Shown here: positions 1 through 8,456 of the stretch, one piece after another
Layout: each line of letters begins with the position of its first letter
Numbering within the stretch: the stretch's first letter is position 1
Source of the DNA: Andalucia godoyi And28
Lineage: Eukaryota; Protista; Jakobida
Length of the DNA: 64,000 bases
Direction of reading: 5' to 3'
Assembly: GCA_009859145.1 (NCBI GenBank)
Contig: VRVR01000006.1
Coordinates: 245,455 to 309,454 of the forward strand
Made by a program: the position numbers and the translations under genes
The notes under the pieces: generated by a model
The model's database searches: none
What the model saw: the letters and a program-made list of their open reading frames with translations, nothing else
What the model was told of the DNA's origin: nothing

Positions 1-1348
1 ATTACACGCAAGGATGATGTCATTGTTATGAAACGAGCTTGTTACTCGCGCACAGAACACATTTTGCAAAAAACAAAAAACGGAATGCAACATCGCAGAA
101 TGCTGGCATTTTTGACACATGGATTGCTGAAAACCTTCTTTGACGTATCTCATCTTGTTGGAAACGTCAATTTAGCAGTCCAAAGTAAGGTGGTTGCCCT
201 TTTGTTGGAGTTTGTAGTTTCTCCAAATTTACACGGCGGATCTTTATGAACGCATGATGGGCTTTAGTTTCAACAAGCATCCTCTGGATTCGCAGAACTT
301 GCGAACCTCACGCACTTCAAATGCGGAACCACTTCTTTTGCTAACGATTCTGCAGATGGAACCCAGCGTCTTACAAACTGTCTGAGATTGTCGACGGGGT
401 GATCTCCGCATCTTCAAAATAGAACGGATGACCTCAGGTCTCTCGGAGTACCTGATGGTTGACAAAAGTTTTTTCGGAGATTTCATCTTGTTGAACTTTT
501 CATCGAATGGGAGACTCCCATATCCGCTGTGTTCATGGGATTCTCTTCTGCGTTCTGCACAGCCTTCTTGATGTCAGCAGTCTCCGACAACGCTGACCCT
601 CTCAATTTTACAGATGCTTCCATGAAATAGTAATTACCCGGTCAATCGGAATTGTTGGAACTCTTCTGCAGTCGTCCTTCGGTTTCCCACGCCTCTTTGC
701 ATCGCTGTTCACCGCTCGCGTGGTTCAATACTGTTGTCAACGGATGATTCTTTGTCGGTTTCTTCCCCGTTGGCTGGCACGGGTATTCTCGATTTCAAAT
801 GATTTGGAAGAATTTTCGAACGGTCAATATTGTGGAAGTGTCCTTGATCGTTTTGCGCTACGCATGTTTTGCTGTCCGCAACCCGTGAATCCCTCCTTCT
901 TTGTTAAGTTGTTCATCTTTCGCAGGTGTGATGATTCATCGCTAGATCGTGGCTTCTGGATTTTTTGTTTGTCGCTTCTTGCTTTTGCTTACGTGTTGAC
1001 CATTCTTGCCTCTTTCCGGTTCCGTTTTGTTTACATCGCGTTTGCTTGTTCTCGTTCAATCAACATCATGATGCTGGTCGATTGCCCGAGCTCTTGCCTC
1101 ACTGTGGTTGTGATCTATTTGCTGTTCAAGTGCTTGGCTTCCCGCCGCATTCATGACCGAAGTGCTTGTTTTACGCTCTGACTTTTGAGTGCTCACCACT
1201 TCCTTATATACACGATGCTTCAGCTGCATAGTGCGCTTGCGGTAAGTTTCACTGAGAGAACATGAAGCATCCACAATCGCTGCGGTCGTACGTGATGTAA
1301 TTCAGTTTATTGGAGGTATGACGCCCAATTGCGGCTATGCGGCTAACA
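1..1348 (-). pseudogene. Region with no long ORF; possible decayed minus-strand gene or transposon remnant, running off the window start
   Basis: All three minus-strand frames are broken by stops every 30-80 codons, although the fragments look protein-like (244..486, 1056..1274, and a CQKCQH segment near 110). The minus strand starts with TGTTA at 1348. Confidence 0.25.
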
Positions 1349-1433
1349 AAAAGGGACAAAGGTAGAACATGAGGTCAGTGCGAGACTTAACCCAGAGCAA
1401 GAACAAACAGGACTCATGACTCATAAACGCAGC

Positions 1434-2624
1434 TTACAGGCGGGAACGAGTCTTGGCGGCCTCATTTTCAATCACCATCGCAACCCCCATTCCAAACCCT
1501 ATGCACAAAGTGACGAGACCCCAGCGCTTTCCAGTTCTTTCCAGCTCATTGATGCATCGTGTGCACAACACGGCACCTGAAGCGCCTAATGGATGACCAA
1601 GAGCAATTGCTCCTCCATTGGGATTCAGTTTTTCAGAAGGAAACTTGAAATGCTTGGACCAAGCCAACACAACAGAAGCAAAAGCTTCATTTGCCTCCAC
1701 AACATCCACATCGTGGATGGAAATGCCAGCGCGTTGCAGAGCCTGTTCCGTTGCAGGGATGACGCCAGTCAACATCAATTCCGGATCGGATCCTACGGTG
1801 ACTCTAGAGGCCAAGCGAAAACGCCGGGGAAGTCCCAGGGCGTCCACAAGGTCATCGGACATGAGGAGCACTGCTGACGCCCCGTCAGAAATTTGAGAAG
1901 CATTACCTGCTGTCACAACTCCATCTTTCTTGAAGACAGTCTTCAGCTTTGCAAGGTCCTGGATTGTCGATGGATAGCGTACTCCCTCATCGCGGTCTAC
2001 GATGCCTGCGGGGGTTTTGATGGGCACAATCTGCGATGCAAACCTTCCTCCTTCAATTGCGTGATAGGCTTTCTGGTGTGACAAACTTGCAAGGTTATCG
2101 CAATCGAGCCGCGTGAGGCCATACTTCTCCGCGATCATCTCCGCGGAAACACCTTGATGAAGAATGCGGTGTCCGGGATTGGAGCCCAGTCGCGTGCAGT
2201 CGAGCCCGTCAGGCTTGCCGTTCTTTAAAATGCCTGAATCTGAGCCCATGGGGACGCGGCTCATGGACTCCACACCACAAGCGATTACGCATTTCATATC
2301 TCCTGCAAGGATCGCCTGCGCGGCAAAATGAATTGCGGCTTCGGAGCTTCCGCACATGCGATTGATTTGGACTCCCGCGACAGTGTCCGGGAAATTTGCT
2401 CGCAGAGCAGCAAGACGTGGAATATTCGCGCCTTGTTCTCCAACAGGGGACACAACACCGCAAACCACGTCCTGTACCAGGGACTTATCAACGGAAGCGC
2501 GGTTGACCACAGCATCGAGAACTTGGGCAAGAAGATCGATAGGATGGACTTCGCTGAGAGCACCTCCTTTTCGTCCCTTTGCAATCGGTGTGCGACACGC
2601 GGAGACAATGTAACACTGTGGCAT
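1434..2624 (-). CDS. Acetyl-CoA acyltransferase (thiolase), bacterial-like, with C-terminal PTS1 (-SRL)
   Basis: Intronless 396 aa ORF with thiolase motifs QINRMCGSS (catalytic Cys), NEAFA, GHPLGASG and CIGFGMG; ends KTRSRL*. Confidence 0.95.
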   Translation of the reverse strand: MPQCYIVSACRTPIAKGRKGGALSEVHPIDLLAQVLDAVVNRASVDKSLVQDVVCGVVSPVGEQGANIPRLAALRANFPDTVAGVQINRMCGSSEAAIHFAAQAILAGDMKCVIACGVESMSRVPMGSDSGILKNGKPDGLDCTRLGSNPGHRILHQGVSAEMIAEKYGLTRLDCDNLASLSHQKAYHAIEGGRFASQIVPIKTPAGIVDRDEGVRYPSTIQDLAKLKTVFKKDGVVTAGNASQISDGASAVLLMSDDLVDALGLPRRFRLASRVTVGSDPELMLTGVIPATEQALQRAGISIHDVDVVEANEAFASVVLAWSKHFKFPSEKLNPNGGAIALGHPLGASGAVLCTRCINELERTGKRWGLVTLCIGFGMGVAMVIENEAAKTRSRL

Positions 2625-2930
2625 TTCGTTTCACAACAGGAGCTAATTACTGATGCGGTGGTGTGCAAACAAAACAAGAGAATGATCTGCCGAAGAGGCA
2701 TCTTCTACTTCAGAGCGGTAACGCTCTGATGTCGGGTGGACTGCTGGGAAAGCCCGTTTTAACCAACTTGCGTCACTTGATGGCGTGTCAAGCTTCTGGA
2801 GCGACGTGTCCAAATTCAACTTTCCCCCCGTTTTTTTTTCTTTCTTTCATTTTCCCACTCACTCCGTCCGCTTCTTGAATCTGGTGGTTCTCATTGGGCA
2901 TTTTCCATTCTAGAAGCATTTCGTACGGCA

Positions 2931-4184
2931 ATGTCATCCACAGCCCGCGACCCGGGATTGTCCCACCAGTTGTCTCCAAAGTTGAGACCGATCTTTTCCA
3001 CCAATACGCTCATTCAACTTGACTCCAGTGACGATGATGTGCAGCGCACCGTAAGCGTTCAGGCTGCTGTCGAGGAAAATATCTTGCGTGACTTTCAGAA
3101 ACGAACGGAAGATAAGACTTCCTTTCATTTGTCGGATTTGCTGCCGTTCTTTCACGAGGGCGTCGAAGCGATCGTTCAGGATGATTTCACAGAGTCTTTT
3201 GCTTCGAAGCCTCCACCCGCCTGGAACTTCAGTTCATTCTTATTCCCGTTGTGGTTGATGGGCTGGTGCATTCGACATTTCATTTTGTTTCCTTTGCGTG
3301 TCTTTGTTGTGGTGGTAGCATCCATCGTTACTTCCACCTTGCTTTTGTTTTATGCGTTGGTCTTGAAAAAGAAGGAGTCTCCGTTCTTGTTCAAATTGAT
3401 CCAGTGGTATTCAAAGTGCTGGTTGTTCTCCTTCTCTACGATTCTGAGGGTTCATGGCCAACGTCCCCCAAGAAGGCCGAATCAGATCTATGTTTCAAAC
3501 CACACGAGTCCTGTTGACTACATTGTTCTCCTTGGACTGGATGGCTGTGCTACTGTTGGACAGCGCCATTCTGGGTTTGTTGGATTTTTCCAAAAGCACA
3601 TTCTTTTCCCTCTGCATAACATATGGTTTGAGAGGTTTGAAGCCGCAGATAGGCACACTGTCGCGACGAGGATGAAACATCATGCTGCCAATGCTGATCT
3701 CCCTCCTCTGCTGCTGTTTCCCGAGGGCGTCTGTGTGAATAATGAATACTGCGTGATGTTTAGAAAAGGTGCCTTTGAATTGGGGGTGGAAGTAATTCCG
3801 TGTGCCATTAAGTACGACAAGATGTGGGCGGATCCTTATTGGAACTCCAAAGAAGAGTCTTTTCCGAAACACTTGTATCGTCTGATGACCGGTTGGTGTT
3901 TGTTTGTGGATTTCCACTATTTGGAGCCGACAACTCTCCAGCCAAACGAGAATCCAGCGGAGTTTGCAGAGAGAGTGAAGTCTTCAATATCTGAAGCTGC
4001 AGAATTGATCTCTGTGTCCTGGGATGGTTATTATAAGTACTATCAGCCTACTGCGAAGTTTGTCGAACAGCGACAAAAGGCGTTTGCAAATGTTCTTGTG
4101 CGAAGAATGTCTCCCGTTGCCTCAGAAGAGAAAATTGAAGAAGAAGATCGTCATACTAAACAATCACTGCGAAAACGCCACTAA
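2931..4184 (+). CDS. GPAT9: ER glycerol-3-phosphate acyltransferase (GPAT3/4, plant GPAT9 family)
   Basis: NHTSPVD (HX4D) and FPEGVCVNNEYCVMFRKGAF motifs, plus a hydrophobic N-terminal segment. Confidence 0.92.
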   Translation: MSSTARDPGLSHQLSPKLRPIFSTNTLIQLDSSDDDVQRTVSVQAAVEENILRDFQKRTEDKTSFHLSDLLPFFHEGVEAIVQDDFTESFASKPPPAWNFSSFLFPLWLMGWCIRHFILFPLRVFVVVVASIVTSTLLLFYALVLKKKESPFLFKLIQWYSKCWLFSFSTILRVHGQRPPRRPNQIYVSNHTSPVDYIVLLGLDGCATVGQRHSGFVGFFQKHILFPLHNIWFERFEAADRHTVATRMKHHAANADLPPLLLFPEGVCVNNEYCVMFRKGAFELGVEVIPCAIKYDKMWADPYWNSKEESFPKHLYRLMTGWCLFVDFHYLEPTTLQPNENPAEFAERVKSSISEAAELISVSWDGYYKYYQPTAKFVEQRQKAFANVLVRRMSPVASEEKIEEEDRHTKQSLRKRH

Positions 4185-4243
4185 TAAAGACTTCTACTTG
4201 TTTAAAAAAGAAAACAACAACGACAACAATGAAAAAAACTAAA

Positions 4244-5239
4244 CTATTTTTGCATACTCCGGGCAGCAAACATAGCGCCGTATGTGAATATGAAATCTGC
4301 TCCCGCGCGTCTAAACGAGTACAGACATTCCATGTATGACCGCTCAAAATCCAACCAACCATTCTTTGCAGCCGCGACAAGCATTGCGTACTCACCACTG
4401 ACATGGTACACACAGATCGGAAGATTGGAATTGTCCCGAACGAGTTTCACAACATCGAGGTATGGGAGCCCCGGTTTCACCATGAGGATATCCGCTCCTT
4501 CTTCTTCGTCCAGCCGCACCTCCCTGAGGGCCTCCCTCACATTTCGGGGATCCATTTGGTACGTCTTTTTATCTCCCTTTTTCGGAGTGCTGCCCAAAGC
4601 GTCTCGAAACGGTCCGTAAAATGCGCTGGCATACTTTGCGCAATAAGAGATAATGCCAACATGCGTAAATCCTTCTGCATCCAATGCGCGTCGAATATAT
4701 CCTATTCGACCATCCATCATATCCGAAGGAGCAACAATATCCACCCCAGCTCTGGCTTGCGCAATAGCCATCTTGGCCAGCACTGGCAGCGTGACATCGT
4801 TGTCAATCACAATCGAATCGCCGGAAACAGGCTTTCTAACCAGACCATCATGTCCATCAGAATTATACGGATCCAACGCAATATCTCCAATCAACAACAG
4901 CTCCGGAACCTTTGATTTCAGCAAGCGGATGCATCTTTGATTCAAACCGTCCGGATTGAATGACTCTATTGCGTCAGCGGTTTTGATCGACTCATCTACA
5001 CAAGGAAACAAAGCGAAAGCACGAATCCCCAAAGACAGAGCTTCCATTGCAGCATCCACTAAGAGATCAAGAGACAGCCGATAAACGCCAGGCATTGATG
5101 AAACCTCTTCCTTCCGTTTCGTTCCATCCAAGAAGAACACAGGCAACACAAGGTTTGCGGGAGTCAGCGTCGTTTCTGCAACCAAATCCCGAATCGCAGA
5201 AGAAGACCGATTGCGACGAGGACGACTGAGCATATCCAT
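4244..5239 (-). CDS. hemB: Porphobilinogen synthase (ALA dehydratase), Asp-rich non-zinc type
   Basis: RPRRNR N-terminus, DIALDPYNSDGHDG metal site, SDMMDGR, KYASAFYGPFRDA, YQMDP and MVKPG (Schiff-base Lys). Confidence 0.97.
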   Translation of the reverse strand: MDMLSRPRRNRSSSAIRDLVAETTLTPANLVLPVFFLDGTKRKEEVSSMPGVYRLSLDLLVDAAMEALSLGIRAFALFPCVDESIKTADAIESFNPDGLNQRCIRLLKSKVPELLLIGDIALDPYNSDGHDGLVRKPVSGDSIVIDNDVTLPVLAKMAIAQARAGVDIVAPSDMMDGRIGYIRRALDAEGFTHVGIISYCAKYASAFYGPFRDALGSTPKKGDKKTYQMDPRNVREALREVRLDEEEGADILMVKPGLPYLDVVKLVRDNSNLPICVYHVSGEYAMLVAAAKNGWLDFERSYMECLYSFRRAGADFIFTYGAMFAARSMQK

Positions 5240-5569
5240 TATGTCCGTTTTTATTCACTGCAACTTTGGATTTCTACAAATTTGCTTGTTTTCGTATTTC
5301 TTTCGAAGAACAAACAGACTCGCAATTTCTTTTTCATTTTGTTTTGGGATGAGAGAGCCCCTTGCGTCTGCCAAAAAAATAATAATAAATAAAATGAATC
5401 GACACGTGGCGACACTTCTCGCTGCCTGCGCCTCTATTCGGGGTCAAAAGGCTCGATGAGAGCAAAACCTGGTTTTTATTTTATTAAAATTGCGTTATGT
5501 CGTGTTCTCTCTCTCTCTCTCTCTCTCTTTTTGTGTGTATATTAGAAATTTCGTGTTCCGTGTAAGGGC

Positions 5570-6121
5570 ATGTCTGGAATTTCTCCTGCTGGATCGTTGC
5601 CGTCAAGCGGTTCTGGCGGATCCCCGCCCTTGACCCCGTCGCCGCTGTCCCCAGCTCCCTCTGTCGCTGGTTCCGCGACTTCAGTAGATGGTCCAAAATA
5701 TCGCATCAAGCGGCAGCCGCAGTACGGTGTGTACGGTTTCATTATGTGGCTGACAACGCTGGTATGCTACATTGTGTTTCTTCTCTGGGCCTTTACTCCA
5801 GAACAAGTGCTGCACTCGGCAGGTATTTGGTACTATCCAGACCGTTACTGGGCAATCGCGTTGCCGTCTTGGTTGTCTGTCACATTCTTTTTCCTTGTTA
5901 TCTCCTATGTTATGCTGTACCACATCAAAACCGCCCCTCTGGACAGCATTTACACGTACACGGATCAGTTCGCACGGGGTGAATCCAAGGTTGTGCAAGA
6001 CCTCACAGGGAAGAAGCCAATTCCGCCTGTTTCTGACATTCCGATTGTTGAGGTCAACCACATTCTGTTTGGACATTTGACTCGTCGGAAGCGCAGATGG
6101 AACTCCACCATCACCGGGTGA
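5570..6121 (+). CDS. PIGP: GPI-GlcNAc transferase subunit P
   Basis: VYGF..W, FLLWAFTP, GIWYYPDRYWAIALP and PPVSDIPI motifs; two TM segments. Confidence 0.93.
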   Translation: MSGISPAGSLPSSGSGGSPPLTPSPLSPAPSVAGSATSVDGPKYRIKRQPQYGVYGFIMWLTTLVCYIVFLLWAFTPEQVLHSAGIWYYPDRYWAIALPSWLSVTFFFLVISYVMLYHIKTAPLDSIYTYTDQFARGESKVVQDLTGKKPIPPVSDIPIVEVNHILFGHLTRRKRRWNSTITG

Positions 6122-6693
6122 AGTGAATTCCCTTATGCCGTAGCGTTTATGGTTCAATGCGAATGTGGAAGCTCTTTTCTTCGTGCGTGGTGGGCGCGCA
6201 CAGTCTCTGCGGAGTCTTTGCATGCTCTTACTCTTTTGCCCTGAGTGACGTGCGATGTGTTTTCTTCTTCGTCTTCTCGAGCAGCTGGGCAGAGATGAAT
6301 CGGATTTGGTGTTCCGATCTCCAGTGCGTGCCGCTGCGGTGGATCGAGATTAGGTTGGAATGGAGCGCGCAATATTTATTTAAAGAATGTTGTCCATTGT
6401 GAAGAGATGGGTTGCGTGCTGGGGCATTCCCGCTGTCGGTTGGCGGATGTCCCCCGGTGGAATGTAAACTTCGACGATGTGTGCAATGCAGGCGCTTCGT
6501 TGAAAAAATAAAAATTTCCCGGAACTTGAACTGCCTTGATGTTCGTTTTTTGTTGCTTGTCTGCCTGCAGGCATGCGAGACATGTCGGACTGCTGGCCAC
6601 TTGTTCTTTCCCAACCATCCCGTTCAATCTGTCCATATATTTAACGAAGGTCCGCTTCGACGTCTGAATCGCACACTCACCATTGTATTAACC

Positions 6694-7318
6694 ATGCCTA
6701 ACCAATCGTTTGCAGAATATGTACGCATCAACGTTCCCCGTTCCATTGTGGAACGGATATGCATCGTTCCGATTTCCTGTCGTGACGGGCGCTGTTTTTG
6801 ATGCGGGCTCGGCGTTGAGAAAGGTCGGCTTTGCGCCGGTCGCGGCCTCAACGCCGACGAAGCCTGACCATTTGCAGCCGCAGTTCAAGACGAGTTCCAT
6901 TCTGAATGCAACCTCGGCTTTTGAACGTATTTCCGCGAATCTTTACACGAATGATGTCTGCTATGCCATGCTGACTGTCTCTACCGAAAGCCTCCAGACA
7001 AAAGAGACGTTTGCTGTGTGGACCAGCATTGTCCTGTCTGGCACCCACACCAGCATTCTCGTTCTCGAGGCTCCTTCCAGTGTGGATAATTTTTTCCGAG
7101 ATACACTGCTGACCTTTTTAGATTTTGTTGAAGCCGCTTGTTTGTCTTCTGTGGTTGCGCTTTTGCCTCCACAGGAAGAACAACAGGGTACCCAAGACAA
7201 CATTCTCCGAGCGTTCTCCTACATGGGATTTTCCCCCGTGGATCGAACGACTGTTGCATGGAGTCATACATTCAAGAATACCAAGAACCACGACATTATT
7301 CTTTCGTATGCGGTTTGA
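6694..7318 (+). CDS. OAZ: Ornithine decarboxylase antizyme, decoded by +1 frameshift: ORF1 6694-6801 (35 codons) joined to ORF2 6800-7318; predicted 207 aa
   Basis: ORF2 has the antizyme core (RDTLLTFLDFVE ... ILRAFSYMGFSPV). ORF1 starts accATG and ends CGC-TGT-TTT-TGA-T; skipping one base gives ...RCF-DAG..., analogous to WCS-DAP. Confidence 0.9.
6793..6804 (+). promoter_or_regulatory. Antizyme +1 programmed ribosomal frameshift site (UGU-UUU-UGA-UGC)
   Basis: The ORF1 stop TGA is at 6799-6801 and the +1 frame codon GAT at 6800-6802 is in frame with the antizyme ORF2. Confidence 0.85.
6805..6869 (+). promoter_or_regulatory. 3' RNA structure (11-bp stem plus crossing helix plus hinge hairpin); candidate frameshift stimulator
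   Basis: 6809-6819 TCGGCGTTGAG is the exact reverse complement of 6847-6857. 6823-6833 pairs with 6858-6869 (one bulge, one GU). 6835-6846 forms a GCCG-GTCG-CGGC hairpin. Confidence 0.6.
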
Positions 7319-7689
7319 GACGAAATAAATGGAAATGAATCTCGTGTTGCTGGTTTTGTTGTTATGCTGTCCAGTTTGTGCTGCTTCTCGGATGCTGTAC
7401 AATTTATTTTTATTTATATTATTTGTATTATTATTTTTTTGGTTTTGCAGCTGCATGCGAGTTTCGCATGCAGTGCACACTGAGCATGGCGAGTCATTGC
7501 TGACCAATCCATATTCAGTCTTGCATTCGAACCGGATGTGAATTCAATTCAGAAGAGGGTAGGCTTCCAGTACGCCGAAGCGTTCTTCATACAGATGTTG
7601 TCCCCCCACCATTCCAATGTCTCGATCCAGACGGGGCCGGAGGTTCGGAACTGTGAGAGTGGCGGCTGAGGAATTTTTTGTGGGGCGAG

Positions 7690-7736
7690 TGACGAATGAC
7701 GAATGACGAATGACGAATGACGAATGACGAATGACG
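7690..7736. repeat. (TGACGAA)n heptamer tandem repeat, 6 full units
   Basis: Read directly from the sequence. Confidence 0.95.
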
Positions 7737-7889
7737 GTGGACTGGCGCGAATGAACTGGATGAAGCGGGGTAAAGTAAGATAAAGAATGGGGGTACAAGG
7801 ATAGCAAAGTCGGAACCATTCAGACGACGAGATGGGGCCTACCACGGTGCGAACATATACAGTGTTTTATTCTAATTTCTGTTTCACAT

Positions 7890-8102
7890 TCATTTCGAAT
7901 GAACTGCATGATGGTATAGACGTTCCTTTGAGGGGCCTTCCGCTTTTGCAACTGTTACATTTCCTCGCAACCGGAGTTGCTGCAGCATTTCCTTCAAGAA
8001 CGACTTACTCTTGATTTCCGTTGCCATTTCTTTGTAAAGAACCGAGGCTGACGCCGGCCCGATCCTCTTCAGAGTTTCCAGGATTGATTGTTGCACAGCC
8101 AT
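7890..8102 (-). CDS. Small basic helical protein (70 aa) resembling mitoribosomal mL80 (plant At1g73940-like)
   Basis: ATG at 8102. The pattern ILETLKRIGP..L...SKSFLKEMLQQLRLRGNV...GPSKERLY matches the recalled family pattern LKEHGP...SK.HMK..LRWMR.R...GPHKQFLY. Confidence 0.5.
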   Translation of the reverse strand: MAVQQSILETLKRIGPASASVLYKEMATEIKSKSFLKEMLQQLRLRGNVTVAKAEGPSKERLYHHAVHSK

Positions 8103-8456
8103 TAGTACTTGTGTAGGGGATGGGGAGAGGGAAGGGGGGATGATCGACAGAAAACAAAGCAAAAAGCAAACAACGTCGGCGTACTCTCAAGTCCACAAAC
8201 CAGCAGGTGCAATTGGCTTTTTGCGTTTCAATCCCCCAATCCGGTACCATCACTTGACACTTCCGGAAATCAGACCAGCACTGGCGGTTACATAGGGAAA
8301 TCGACTCTTTTGTCCAGATTTCCCAAGCCTTTTCCAACTCCTTCAAAGGTCCTCAATTCCTCCTCGTATCTGTCCCATCGTTTTTCTTTTCCCCAGTCTG
8401 CTTATTTTCACCGCCTACGTCTATATAACCTTGTACCACTGGTCTTTTTGTTGCAG

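Noticed and set aside
7-17. CGCAAGGATGA matches part of U6 snRNA
   Set aside because: Only 11 nt; the flanks do not match U6 (no upstream CCCCUG or downstream CACGCAAA).
6421-6456. GC-rich hairpin between PIG-P and OAZ
   Set aside because: An isolated GU-rich stem with no ncRNA family motifs.
6412-6693. Long 5' extension of antizyme ORF1 in the ORF track
   Set aside because: It lies upstream of the good-context accATG at 6694, runs through T-rich intergenic-like sequence and does not look like protein.
8109-8456. 116-aa N-terminal extension of the MYCBPAP ORF
   Set aside because: TTG start and a pyrimidine tract ending TTGCAG immediately before the ATG; this is intron/UTR sequence.
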